Shown here in pieces: positions 19,005 through 29,184 of a stretch of DNA of 64,000 nucleotides; the first letter of the stretch is position 1; each line of letters opens with the position of its first letter. Source of the stretch: Promethearchaeati archaeon (lineage in GTDB: Archaea > Asgardarchaeota > Heimdallarchaeia > Heimdallarchaeales > Heimdallarchaeaceae); assembly GCA_013166775.1 (NCBI GenBank), contig JABLTJ010000014.1, positions 20,254-84,253 of the forward strand. Direction: 5' to 3'. The notes beneath the pieces were generated by a model. It did not search any database and was not told the origin of the DNA. It saw only the letters and a list, made by a program, of their open reading frames with translations. A program made the translations under genes and the position numbers.

Positions 19005-20435
19005 TTATTCTTCTGCTTTTTCGGTAGTTACCTTGTGCATTAAATGTCTTTCCCAATCAAGAGTAATTTGACCGTCACTATGCTTAGTAAATGGAACGTT
19101 CATAGTCCCAGAATCTTCCATAATGTAGAAATCCATTACTTCTGGATCATCATTCCTAGGAATTAAAGGAGTAGTAAACTTGGAAAACCAATTATCTGAG
19201 GTCAGATATAGAAGAGAATCCTTTTGTATAATTTCCATTGAAATTGTTTTTTTGTAAGCTTCATATTTACCGCAAAGAGATTTGTAGTGTTTACGTCGTT
19301 TATAATAAGGCATTACTTCTTCAGGATCTTCTCCTATAAGTAAAGCGAATGCGGTTAACATTAGATGTGATGGAGTCCAGTTAACATTTTGTAATTGAGC
19401 ATAAGTTATATTCAGTTCAGGAGCAAAGCCGATATAACCTCCTGAAACACCAGATTGACCGCCATGAGTTATTAAACGGTGTCCAAAGAAATTGTCATAG
19501 ATTCTCCATCCATACCCATATGATGCTGAGACATTAGGACAAAATTCATCATATGTTCTTGCAAAATTAGTATTATGTTCTTTCCACATTTCTTTTGTTA
19601 GTGTCTCATCTAAAACTCTTGTACCTTTGAACTCACCCCCATTCAAATTACAGAGAAGATAATTAGTTATTTCTTTTACGCTAGATATTAACCCTCCAGA
19701 ACCAGCAATAAATGGCCCAGTCAATAAATCTCTTTCTTGTCTTTCAAATTCCTCGTTTCTTACACTAGTATTGTACCCTCTAGAAACATCTTGATCATCC
19801 TTTAAATCTTTAAGGAAGAACGTGCTTCTGTTCATATTAAGAGGTTTAAGAATATTCTCTGTAATATAATCTTCGAATTTCTTACCACTAATTTTCTCTA
19901 TTATTTGCCCAAGAAGAGAAAAACCTGCATTCCAATAATAATACTTAGTTTTAGGAGGTCTTAAAACTTCACTCTGAGCATTGTTGATGTGAAAATAAAA
20001 ATCATCCCAATTCCCCATTGGAAATGTGGGAGCTTTAGCTTTGTATAGCTGCTGATTCATTTGAGAGAAATAAAAAGTCATAAGTGAGGGGATTCCTGAT
20101 GAATGACTCATGAGATGATGAATCCTTATAGGATCATCTTCTAGACCTAAACTGAAAGGAATATACTTTGAAACCGGATCGTTAATGTTTAGTTTTCCTT
20201 CCTGATGTAGCTGTAAAATCCCCATACAAGTTACTGATTTTGTTATTGAAGAAACTCCATACAGAGTATCTGCTGTTGCAGGTTTAACATCAACTTTTTT
20301 TACTATCCCAAAAGACCTTTGATAGAGTGTTTTTCCGTCCTTTGTTATGAGCACAGATATCCCAGGTATTTTAAGATCTCTCATAATTTTAACTGCTTCA
20401 TGCTCAAATTTGCTCTTGAAATTTTTTAAATCCAT
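19005..20435 (-). CDS. Serine hydrolase, beta-lactamase/transpeptidase-like family (cytoplasmic form)
   Basis: 476 aa. S-x-x-K motif in YGVSSITKSV, Y-x-N in YYYWNAGF, HGG in ITHGGQSG. Confidence 0.8.
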   Translation of the reverse strand: MDLKNFKSKFEHEAVKIMRDLKIPGISVLITKDGKTLYQRSFGIVKKVDVKPATADTLYGVSSITKSVTCMGILQLHQEGKLNINDPVSKYIPFSLGLEDDPIRIHHLMSHSSGIPSLMTFYFSQMNQQLYKAKAPTFPMGNWDDFYFHINNAQSEVLRPPKTKYYYWNAGFSLLGQIIEKISGKKFEDYITENILKPLNMNRSTFFLKDLKDDQDVSRGYNTSVRNEEFERQERDLLTGPFIAGSGGLISSVKEITNYLLCNLNGGEFKGTRVLDETLTKEMWKEHNTNFARTYDEFCPNVSASYGYGWRIYDNFFGHRLITHGGQSGVSGGYIGFAPELNITYAQLQNVNWTPSHLMLTAFALLIGEDPEEVMPYYKRRKHYKSLCGKYEAYKKTISMEIIQKDSLLYLTSDNWFSKFTTPLIPRNDDPEVMDFYIMEDSGTMNVPFTKHSDGQITLDWERHLMHKVTTEKAEE

Positions 20436-20601
20436 ATAATCACAGTTTTTTTTGGATAAACACTTATAATTATTATGTATAGTTTATAATGATTTTGCTA
20501 AACATTAATTTTTTTCCCGAAAATCTTATATATATTTGAGGAATCATAAATATAATCTTTGACTTTTTCAGTCAAAGGAAAAAAAAAAGGAATGATAAAA
20601 T

Positions 20602-22332
20602 TTGAATAAAAAATTGTTAATAAGTGCAACAATTTTAATGTTAGTTTTAATGGGAATGTCTCCTAGCTTAATGGTTATGGGACAAGAACCTATTTACGGA
20701 GGAATAATGCACACTCCACTCTCAGCAGATGCACACGCATTAAATCCTTTCTCGTGGACAACAACATACGAAGCATATGTTATATGGCACATCTATGACC
20801 CCTTAGTACGACTGGATTTAGAGAATCAAGCATACGCATGTATTGCTGAAAGCTGGTCTCATAGCACCGATTTTTCTGAATGGACTTTTGTAATAAGAGA
20901 TGACGTATATTGGCATGACGGTGAAAAATTAACCATTGACGACGTTTTCTACACATACAATTTGAATTGGAACGATCCTGATATTCCACGTAGAAGCTGG
21001 CTTTTTGATGAGATTACTGAACTAGAAGTAGTAGATAACACAATTGTTATTACTTTTGGTTGGGGACCAAAACCCGCAGATGTTCTATATGATTTAGCAA
21101 CTACTCTAATAGTTCCAGAACACATATGGGCAGACATAGATCTCCATGACTATGCTAATGATGTAAATCCAATCGGAAGTGGACCTTTCAAATTTGTAGA
21201 ATGGGAAAGAGCACAATTCTTTAGATTGGAAAAACATGATCAATACCAATTCCCAATTTATATTGATGGTAAAACAATACCTATTATTAGCGAAGTAGAA
21301 GCCGCGTTTTACGCTCTAGCTGGTGGAGATATTGAAGTTATGGCTAATCCTCCACCTGAATTAGAAAGTGCAGCAGAGTTCTATAATGCTTCAGTACACA
21401 CTTCTCTTAATGACTACTGGGTTTACTTAGGAATGAATCAAAGACGCTATCCAAATAACGTTACAGAATTCAGACAAGCAATAATGTATGGTATAGACCG
21501 TCAAGAAATTGTAGATGTTATCAAATATGGACGTGGTGCAATAATGCCAGCATCCTGCAATCTTCCTTGGGGAACATACTACAACGAAGAAGCTAAAACA
21601 TATGACTACAATATAACCAAGACAATCGAGATGCTAGATGATTTAGGATGGGTAGATACAGATGAAGACGATATCCGTGAAGATGGACTTGGTAATCCAT
21701 TAGAATTTGATGTAATTGTAAGTGCTGATGCTCAAGAATCTGTTGACACAGTTAAATTCATTAAAACATACCTAGAACCTGCAGGAATACAAGTAAACGT
21801 AGTTCCAATAATCTGGGATGTTCTTTGGACAACTGTTGGAGGTACTGGTGATGAAGCTAATACCTGGGATTACGATTGGGCAGTTCTAGGTTGGGTAGGC
21901 TTTTGGAGTGATTTCCATCCAAGCTCATTCTACTGGTTATTAAGTGCAGATAATTGGTGGGGATCTAATGCAGTCAATATTCCTGGCTGGAACAGTACAG
22001 TTCGTACTCAAGTGACCGATCTCTGTGAACTAGTACTCTATGAAACAGATGAAGCAGTAGTTGCTGATTTGATTGATCAAATTCAAGTACTAGTTGCAGA
22101 AGACTTACCTTACTTACCACTACAAGTCAATGGCGGAACTTACCTCTACAAAACAGATGAATACAAGGGATGGCAATTAGGTCCAACAGATGGTCCAGAT
22201 AACTATTTCACTTGGTTAAGCATCCAACTAATATCACCACCAGAAAGTGGACCAGGATACTTAGCATTAGGTGCAATACTTGCATTAGTCATCACTGTAG
22301 GATTAATCAAATTCAGAAGAAGAAGAGATTAA
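20602..22332 (+). CDS. ABC transporter substrate-binding protein, family 5 (oligo/dipeptide), C-terminally membrane-anchored
   Basis: 576 aa with a TTG start. Signal-like N-terminus. Family-5 blocks WHDGEKLTIDDV, GSGPFKFVEW, RQAIMYGIDRQEIV. C-terminus SGPGYLALGAILALVITVGLIKFRRRRD. Confidence 0.9.
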   Translation: MNKKLLISATILMLVLMGMSPSLMVMGQEPIYGGIMHTPLSADAHALNPFSWTTTYEAYVIWHIYDPLVRLDLENQAYACIAESWSHSTDFSEWTFVIRDDVYWHDGEKLTIDDVFYTYNLNWNDPDIPRRSWLFDEITELEVVDNTIVITFGWGPKPADVLYDLATTLIVPEHIWADIDLHDYANDVNPIGSGPFKFVEWERAQFFRLEKHDQYQFPIYIDGKTIPIISEVEAAFYALAGGDIEVMANPPPELESAAEFYNASVHTSLNDYWVYLGMNQRRYPNNVTEFRQAIMYGIDRQEIVDVIKYGRGAIMPASCNLPWGTYYNEEAKTYDYNITKTIEMLDDLGWVDTDEDDIREDGLGNPLEFDVIVSADAQESVDTVKFIKTYLEPAGIQVNVVPIIWDVLWTTVGGTGDEANTWDYDWAVLGWVGFWSDFHPSSFYWLLSADNWWGSNAVNIPGWNSTVRTQVTDLCELVLYETDEAVVADLIDQIQVLVAEDLPYLPLQVNGGTYLYKTDEYKGWQLGPTDGPDNYFTWLSIQLISPPESGPGYLALGAILALVITVGLIKFRRRRD

Positions 22333-22363
22333 AAATCTAACATAAATATTAAATCAAAGAAAC

Positions 22364-22400
22364 GAGGGCCCATAAAACCCTCCGATTTTTATTTTTTTTT
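22364..22400 (+). terminator. Hairpin plus T-run between the binding-protein gene and the permease genes (partial terminator/attenuator candidate)
   Basis: GAGGG (22364-22368) and CCCTC (22378-22382) form a stem, followed by a T-rich run at 22386-22400. Confidence 0.35.
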
Positions 22401-22517
22401 ATAAAAAAATAATTATGAATAATGTTTAGTCAGTAATATTTTTTCTAAACATATAGTTATACCCGAAATATTTAAAAATATTTCAGATTATCAAGTTTCA
22501 AGCACGGTGTAAAATCA

Positions 22518-23510
22518 ATGGGTTTGAGAGGATATATAGCTAAAAAAATCTTTTTTGCTTTAATTGCATTTGTTATTGCAATTACAGTTGTTTTCTTTCT
22601 TTATCATGTGATACCTGGTAATCCAGCGAATATATTTGCTACAGATCGAACTGTAAATCCTGAACAAAGAGAAAATTTACTTGAAAGATGGGGATTGAAT
22701 GAACCCTTATGGAAGCAGTATGGTATATTTCTAAGGAATTTATTACAGGGAGATCTTGGTTTTTCATATCTTCATAAATTACCAGTATCAGAAGTCATTG
22801 GAATATCTCTACCTTGGACGCTTCTACTTCTAGGTACTTCATTTGTTCTAAATGCAGTCATTGGAATCTTTCTAGGAGCCTTTGTAGCTTGGAGAAGAGG
22901 ATCTAAATTAGATACAGGTTTTGTGTTAACTTACAATTTTTATAACGCTATTCCTTTATTTTTTGTAGGAATGCTTTTCATTGCGTTATTTAGCTTCTAC
23001 TCTAGAAAATGGGGATGGCCATTTTATTTTCCAGCGTATGGAGCTCAAACAGCAGGATCCTCAGAGTGGGGATTCTTTCCTCATTTAGTTGATATTCTCT
23101 GGCATTTAGTTCTACCGTTAACGGTACTAACTATAGCAGGGATTTTAGGATGGTCATGGTTTATGAGAGGAAATCTGATCAATATTCTAACTGAAGATTA
23201 TATTAAAACAGCAAGAGCTAAAGGATTAAACGAGAATCAAGTTCTATATAGACATGCATTCAGAAATGCAATACTCCCAGTTGTAACTAATATCGGAATG
23301 AGTATAGGAGGATTAATAGGAGGAGCTGTTTTAATAGAAACGGTATTTTCCTATCCAGGTACTGGCAGGATGCTCTATGAAGCACTCATCAGACATGATT
23401 ATCCACTAGTTCAAGGTGCGTTTATAATCATATCAGGTTTGACTTTGCTTGGATTATTACTAGCAGAAATTGTCTATGGATTCATTGATCCAAGGATAAG
23501 AACATCGTAA
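22518..23510 (+). CDS. Peptide ABC transporter permease (DppB/OppB-like)
   Basis: 330 aa with 6 TM segments. EAA-type loop DYIKTARAKGLNENQVLYRHAFRNA. Confidence 0.9.
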   Translation: MGLRGYIAKKIFFALIAFVIAITVVFFLYHVIPGNPANIFATDRTVNPEQRENLLERWGLNEPLWKQYGIFLRNLLQGDLGFSYLHKLPVSEVIGISLPWTLLLLGTSFVLNAVIGIFLGAFVAWRRGSKLDTGFVLTYNFYNAIPLFFVGMLFIALFSFYSRKWGWPFYFPAYGAQTAGSSEWGFFPHLVDILWHLVLPLTVLTIAGILGWSWFMRGNLINILTEDYIKTARAKGLNENQVLYRHAFRNAILPVVTNIGMSIGGLIGGAVLIETVFSYPGTGRMLYEALIRHDYPLVQGAFIIISGLTLLGLLLAEIVYGFIDPRIRTS

Positions 23511-23515
23511 GGTGA

Positions 23516-24445
23516 GTGAAGATGGCAGCAATATTTAATAGAGATAATATTAAACGTCGATTTAAGAGATTAAATAAGACATGGAAAGTGTACAGAAGCA
23601 ATTGGATGGGAGTTGTAGGCTTAATCATAATAATAACTCTGGTGACACTTGCAATTTTTGCAAAACAAATTTCTAGATACGATCCTGATGACAGAGATAA
23701 TGATAACATTTTTCAGCCCCCAGTGCCTGGACACATCTTAGGTACAAACCGTCATGGTAATGATATATTTTCAATACTTTTGAATAGTCTTGGAATTTCA
23801 TTAGCAGTAGGTGTAGTTGCAGGGAGTTTAACTGTAATTCTAGGAACGACGATAGGTGTAGCTAGTGCATATATCGGTGGAAGAGTTGACACCGTTATTA
23901 TGCGTATAACTGATGTAGTTCTAGTAATACCTGCATTGCCTTTAATGCTTCTACTAGCCTCATTAGTTCCCCTGATAGTTGATAAGCTGAATTGGCTTGA
24001 TACTATTCCTTGGTGGTTTATTATAGCATTTGTTTACGTCGTCGTATTCTGGCCAGTTTCAGCAAGATTGATTAGAGGACAGGCTCTTTCGCTCAAACAG
24101 AGAGCATTTGTTACTAGTGCAAAATCTGCTGGAGCAGGAAATGGATACGTAATAAGAAAACACTTGCTTCCTAATGTTTTTCCATTAATGCTTACAATGA
24201 TTATAACTTCAATGAGACAAGCAATTCTATATGAAGCTTTCTTGTCATTTCTAGGATTAGGTGATCCTAGTAATTGGAGTCTTGGGAAAATGTTAAGCAT
24301 AGCTCAACAACAAGCATCGCTTGCCACGGGTGCATGGTGGATGTATCTTCCTGCAGGTATTGCTATTGCACTTACAACCCTTAGTTTCGCTTTCATTGGA
24401 ATGGCTTTCGACGAGATAGTTAACCCACGTTTAAGGAGGAAATGA
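23516..24445 (+). CDS. Peptide ABC transporter permease (DppC/OppC-like)
   Basis: 309 aa. Loop FVTSAKSAGAGNGYVIRKHLLPN. Lies 5 nt after the previous gene. Confidence 0.9.
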   Translation: MKMAAIFNRDNIKRRFKRLNKTWKVYRSNWMGVVGLIIIITLVTLAIFAKQISRYDPDDRDNDNIFQPPVPGHILGTNRHGNDIFSILLNSLGISLAVGVVAGSLTVILGTTIGVASAYIGGRVDTVIMRITDVVLVIPALPLMLLLASLVPLIVDKLNWLDTIPWWFIIAFVYVVVFWPVSARLIRGQALSLKQRAFVTSAKSAGAGNGYVIRKHLLPNVFPLMLTMIITSMRQAILYEAFLSFLGLGDPSNWSLGKMLSIAQQQASLATGAWWMYLPAGIAIALTTLSFAFIGMAFDEIVNPRLRRK

Positions 24446-24449
24446 TCAT

Positions 24450-25499
24450 ATGACATTGCTTGAAGTAAAAAATCTTAAAACATACTTCCATACAAAGGGA
24501 GGTTCAGTAAAAGCTGTAGATAACGTAAGTTTTAAACTAGGAAAGGGAGAAGTACTTGGACTTGCAGGTGAATCAGGCTGTGGAAAAACTACAACTTGTT
24601 TATCGATTATGCAAATGGTTGACTTTCCAGGTGAAATTATGGAAGGTCAGATCATGTACGAAAATGCGTTCGAAGTTATCGATGAAGATAGAAAAAAGAG
24701 TCTTCGGGACAGAATTCTTAATAGAAATCCTGGTAATGAAAAACGAACCAGAAACCTTCTCGAGTTTTCAGAAGCTGAGATGCGAAGGATCAGAGGTAAT
24801 CATATCTCTATGGTTTTTCAAGGAGCAATGAATGCATTAAATCCAGTCCATAGAGTAGGTAATCAGATTTTAGAGGTTCTAAATATTCATGAACCTGAAT
24901 TGGAAAAAGAGGATGCTTGGGATAAAGTGATTGACATTCTTGAAACAGTAGGAATTGACTCTGCGAGAGCTAGAGATTATCCTCATCAACTCAGTGGAGG
25001 TATGAAACAGAGAGCTCTTATAGCAATGGCTTTAGTCAATAATCCTGATATTGTTATAGCAGATGAACCTGTAACTGCTTTAGATGTCATAGTACAATCT
25101 CAAGTTCTTAAGGCAACTAAGGAACTACAAAGAAAGTTTGATTTATCAATGATAATGATTACTCATGATTTATCTGTAATAGCGGAAGTATGTGAAACGC
25201 TAGCTATAATGTATGCAGGAAAATTAGTTGAATATGGTGATCTCAGAACTTTATTTAAAGAACCATTTCATCCTTATACTCAAGCTCTAATCAACGCCTT
25301 TCCAAGCATAACGGGTCCTAAGAAAGATTTGTTTGATATCGGAGGTTCTCCTCCAGATTTGCGTAATCCACCCGAAGGGTGTCGATTCCACCCACGATGT
25401 CCTAAAGTTATGCCAATATGTAGTAAAAAAATACCTTCAGAAACTCCAATAAAGAATGGATTTGTAGCTTGTTGGCTCTATGAAGAGGAGGAGAAGTGA
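24450..25499 (+). CDS. Peptide ABC transporter ATPase (DppD/OppD-like) with C-terminal oligopeptide/Cys-rich extension
   Basis: Walker A GESGCGKTT, signature LSGGMKQR, Walker B IVIADEPVTALD, C-terminal GCRFHPRCP. A basic insert of about 25 aa (IDEDRKKSLRDRILNRNPGNEKRTRN) follows the Walker A region. Confidence 0.9.
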   Translation: MTLLEVKNLKTYFHTKGGSVKAVDNVSFKLGKGEVLGLAGESGCGKTTTCLSIMQMVDFPGEIMEGQIMYENAFEVIDEDRKKSLRDRILNRNPGNEKRTRNLLEFSEAEMRRIRGNHISMVFQGAMNALNPVHRVGNQILEVLNIHEPELEKEDAWDKVIDILETVGIDSARARDYPHQLSGGMKQRALIAMALVNNPDIVIADEPVTALDVIVQSQVLKATKELQRKFDLSMIMITHDLSVIAEVCETLAIMYAGKLVEYGDLRTLFKEPFHPYTQALINAFPSITGPKKDLFDIGGSPPDLRNPPEGCRFHPRCPKVMPICSKKIPSETPIKNGFVACWLYEEEEK

Positions 25500-26949
25500 T
25501 AATATGATAGAAGATGAAATAACAGTAGAGGCAGTTCATTTACAAAAACTTTTCCCAGTTGTATCAGGATTTTTTGAGAGTATTTTTTCAATTGAAACAA
25601 TGAAAAGAACTGGAAGAGCAACGAAACAATTTTTTTCTAGTGTTTTTTCTAAAGACCGAAAGAAAACATTTAAAGAACTAACAAAAGAATATTTCGGGGT
25701 AGTATTTCAAAGAAGTGAAAAACACTATGTTCATGCTGTAGATGACATCTCTTTCAAAATTCATAAAGGAGAAACATTCGGATTAGTTGGAGAAAGTGGT
25801 TGTGGAAAATCTACAACAGGAATGCTTTTGCTTAACCTTCTAGAAACTACTGGAGGTCATATATACTTTAAATCTCCTGACTCAATTACACTCACTAGAA
25901 AACAGATAAGAGGTGTACGAATAAAAAAAGAAAAAGAAAAACTCACTCTTACAAGAAGACAAAAGAAACTTTTAAGAGGAAAAGAAGAGCGAGAGAATAT
26001 AATTCTTAATGAAGAGCAAATAAACAATATAATAGCAACAGAAGGATTTGATCAACATGAAACTTCTTCTCGTTGGGAAAAAATGCTAGTTCGGATTACA
26101 AACTTTTTGAATTCACTCCTTTTGAAGCCGAATAGAATATTTCTCACAGAGGAGCAATTACTTTCTATAGGAACTGTAAGTAGAGTGGACATAAGTAATT
26201 TCACCAATCGGGAATTGAAAAATCTAAGAAAAGACATACAGATAATTTTTCAAAACCCATATGAATCCTTAAGTCCTAGATTTAGTATATTAGACATCAT
26301 TGCAGAACCTCTAAGACTTCTACGTATTTATACTGATGAAGCTACAATTGAAAAGAAAGTTAAAGAAGAATTGGAAAGTGTGGGATTGATTCCTGCTGAA
26401 GACTTTATCGATAGATATCCACATGAGTTAAGTGGTGGTCAGAGACAAAGAGTTGGGGTTGCAAGAGCTTTCATTCTTGATCCTGAATTCATTGTTGCTG
26501 ATGAACCAGTATCTATGCTTGACGTGTCTATCAGAGTTGGAGTTTTGAAAATTATGCGACAACTAACAATTGAAAGAGGCACAGCATTTCTTTTCATCAC
26601 ACACGACCTTGCACTCGCGAGAGTAATGTGTGATAGAATTGCAGTAATGTATCTTGGAAGGATTGTTGAACAAGGTCCAACCGAAGAGCTAATACAGAAA
26701 CCTCTTCATCCATATGCTAAAGCCCTCATTGCCGGAGTACCTAAACCTGATCCTGATGCTAGAAGAACAGAGGATTTGCCAATAATAGGCGAAGTACCTA
26801 GTGGAATTGATGTCCCTTTTGGGTGCCGATTCAATCCTCGATGTCCTTATGTGATTGAGAAATGTACGAAGGTTGACCCTCAACTAGAGGAGGTAGGTAA
26901 TAATCACCTTGTAGCGTGTATAAGGTATAATGAGATTAACAATAAGTGA
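25480..26949 (+). CDS. Peptide ABC transporter ATPase (DppF/OppF-like) with large insertions
   Basis: Walker A GESGCGKST, signature LSGGQRQR, Walker B FIVADEPVSMLD, C-terminal GCRFNPRCP. An alternative start ATG at 25504 is preceded by GGAGGAG. An insert of about 100 aa lies at roughly nt 25882-26193. Confidence 0.9.
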   Translation: MKRRRSDNMIEDEITVEAVHLQKLFPVVSGFFESIFSIETMKRTGRATKQFFSSVFSKDRKKTFKELTKEYFGVVFQRSEKHYVHAVDDISFKIHKGETFGLVGESGCGKSTTGMLLLNLLETTGGHIYFKSPDSITLTRKQIRGVRIKKEKEKLTLTRRQKKLLRGKEERENIILNEEQINNIIATEGFDQHETSSRWEKMLVRITNFLNSLLLKPNRIFLTEEQLLSIGTVSRVDISNFTNRELKNLRKDIQIIFQNPYESLSPRFSILDIIAEPLRLLRIYTDEATIEKKVKEELESVGLIPAEDFIDRYPHELSGGQRQRVGVARAFILDPEFIVADEPVSMLDVSIRVGVLKIMRQLTIERGTAFLFITHDLALARVMCDRIAVMYLGRIVEQGPTEELIQKPLHPYAKALIAGVPKPDPDARRTEDLPIIGEVPSGIDVPFGCRFNPRCPYVIEKCTKVDPQLEEVGNNHLVACIRYNEINNK

Positions 26950-26988
26950 TATTCTTCACTTTTTGTTTCTTTAACCAGAGATGATTAT

Positions 26989-29184
26989 ATGGTCAAAATA
27001 GTTTTCAAAGAGATTGAAAATCTCATGTTGTTGGGAGATTATGAAGAAGCTTTAGATGTGATTGCTAAGCATCAATTGAATAAACAATTAACTGATGACG
27101 AATTATTTCATCTATTATCCTGCAAATGCATCTCTTTAAACTGCCTAGGTGATTATGAAGAAACTATTAAAACGGCACAAGGATTTCAAATCGAAGCTAA
27201 ATCTAAGCAGAGAACGATATTTGAGGTTGATGCAAGATTATTTTCTATATTTGCTTTTTACAGGTTAAATAAAATTGAACAAGCTCTAAAAAATGTTGAA
27301 CAAGCAGAAAAAATAATAGATAGTTGCTCAGAAGAAGAGATAGATCAAAGAAAATCAAGATTACTTGCAGATAAAGCACTTCTTTACGCAAGTAAAGGAG
27401 AAGTTAACCAAGCTTTAGCTTTATCGCAAGAAAACCATATACTATGTCAAAAAATGAAAGTTCCTCACTTATTAGCAAGAGCTCAATACATTTGTGGTAT
27501 TGTACATAATGACATGGGAGAAAACGAAGAAGCTATAGATTACTTTGAAAAAAGCTTGGAAATAAGAGAGAAATTGGAGAATCAATATGATTTAGCACAT
27601 TCACTATTTCGATTAGGATATTCTTGGAGAAATTTAGGTGTATTTGATACTGCTTACGAATATTTTAACAGAAGCTTGAAAATTAGAAAGAAAATAAGAA
27701 ACCAACAAGATATTTCATGGACTCTTTTGAACATCGGAGATATCCATTTTGCAAGAAAAGAACTAAAAAAAGCTCAACAATATTTTGATGAATCACTTTT
27801 AATAAACCAAACTAATAATTTCGATTTTGGTACAGTATTCTCTTTAAGAAGATTAAGTATGATATATGAAGAGATGGGAAATCCACAGTTAGTTATAGAT
27901 ACATTAGAAAAAGCTCTCAATTATGCACAGGTTTTGGAAATGGTTGATCCTGAAGCTTATGCTCTGTTCGATATTATTAATTTTATAACATGTTTGAATG
28001 ATGAATTATCAAAGGATATACAAAACAACAATAAATTGATAGAGAAAGAAACAAGAGAATACATTAAAGAAAAATATAGTATGTTAGATGTCTATTTAAA
28101 CAGACTTTCAATCATCAATTATCTTCACAAAACTAAATTATATAATCAAATTTATCGTCTTGCTCGAGCGTTAATACTTAAATCAAGCGATAAAGCTAAA
28201 GATAAGCAAAAAGCTCGAAGGATATTAGAAGAAATTACTGAAGAGGATATTATCTATTATATTTATACAATAGTTGCCATGTCAAATTATAGTGATCTAC
28301 TTGCGGATGAACTAAAAAAACACCTAGGAGAAGAGGGACTTGTCAGTGAGTTGACAGATCTCTCACATATGCTTTCTCCTGAACAATCTCAAAGAACATA
28401 TGCAATAGCAGCAGAGAGTTTTCTCCATCAAACTAAAACTGCTCTTGAAGAAATAGATATAGCTAAAGCGAGAGAATTACTTAGAAGGGCTCAAAATTTA
28501 AATAATTTTTTGGTATTGTATAACAAGGGTCCTACACCTTTTAGAATCTTATACATTCTTTACATAAAAGAAACCAATCTAAATGAATTAAGTAACAAAC
28601 TTGGAATAACAAAAGGTGCATTAACGAATCATCTAAAGCTTTTAACGAGTTTGAATTTAGTAAAAATATCTAAAGAGAAACAAATCCGTTCAGCTACCAT
28701 GCTTAAAAAATATTATTCCTTGGGAGAAAAAGGAATGGAATTAATCCAGAGGTTCAACCTGAATATTATAGAATCAATTTCAGAAGGAGAAAAAGAGGGT
28801 AAATCCATTCTTGATACTCAAATGACACCCAGACTATTAACTAAAATGATAAGAGATGTAACATATCTGATAGATAAAGGACAAAATTTTGTTGAGGAAC
28901 ATATTTTAACACAGTCTTTTGATAATCATTCTGAAAGGATTTATATTGATAGTTTATTCTTAACAAAAAAACAATATAAAATATACATTAAATTATGGGA
29001 TGAGTTTAGAGAAAAAGTTCAAAATGAAGTAATCAGTGAAAACACAGATTCACCTATGTACCATTCTATTGAAAAACCGACTTATATTGCACATCTAGCT
29101 CTACCTCTAAGAGATCTCATAGATCTTGAAAGATTCTTAGAAGAGAGAAGAAGAAAAAATGAAAAAAACAGAAAGAATATTTAA
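26989..29184 (+). CDS. TPR-repeat protein with C-terminal ArsR-like winged-helix DNA-binding domain
   Basis: 731 aa. Consecutive 34-aa TPR-like units: AQYICGIVHNDMGENEEAIDYFEKSLEIREKL, AHSLFRLGYSWRNLGVFDTAYEYFNRSLKIRKKI, SWTLLNIGDIHFARKELKKAQQYFDESLLINQ. wHTH segment FRILYILYIKETNLNELSNKLGITKGALTNHLKLLTSLNLVKISKE. Confidence 0.7.
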   Translation: MVKIVFKEIENLMLLGDYEEALDVIAKHQLNKQLTDDELFHLLSCKCISLNCLGDYEETIKTAQGFQIEAKSKQRTIFEVDARLFSIFAFYRLNKIEQALKNVEQAEKIIDSCSEEEIDQRKSRLLADKALLYASKGEVNQALALSQENHILCQKMKVPHLLARAQYICGIVHNDMGENEEAIDYFEKSLEIREKLENQYDLAHSLFRLGYSWRNLGVFDTAYEYFNRSLKIRKKIRNQQDISWTLLNIGDIHFARKELKKAQQYFDESLLINQTNNFDFGTVFSLRRLSMIYEEMGNPQLVIDTLEKALNYAQVLEMVDPEAYALFDIINFITCLNDELSKDIQNNNKLIEKETREYIKEKYSMLDVYLNRLSIINYLHKTKLYNQIYRLARALILKSSDKAKDKQKARRILEEITEEDIIYYIYTIVAMSNYSDLLADELKKHLGEEGLVSELTDLSHMLSPEQSQRTYAIAAESFLHQTKTALEEIDIAKARELLRRAQNLNNFLVLYNKGPTPFRILYILYIKETNLNELSNKLGITKGALTNHLKLLTSLNLVKISKEKQIRSATMLKKYYSLGEKGMELIQRFNLNIIESISEGEKEGKSILDTQMTPRLLTKMIRDVTYLIDKGQNFVEEHILTQSFDNHSERIYIDSLFLTKKQYKIYIKLWDEFREKVQNEVISENTDSPMYHSIEKPTYIAHLALPLRDLIDLERFLEERRRKNEKNRKNI

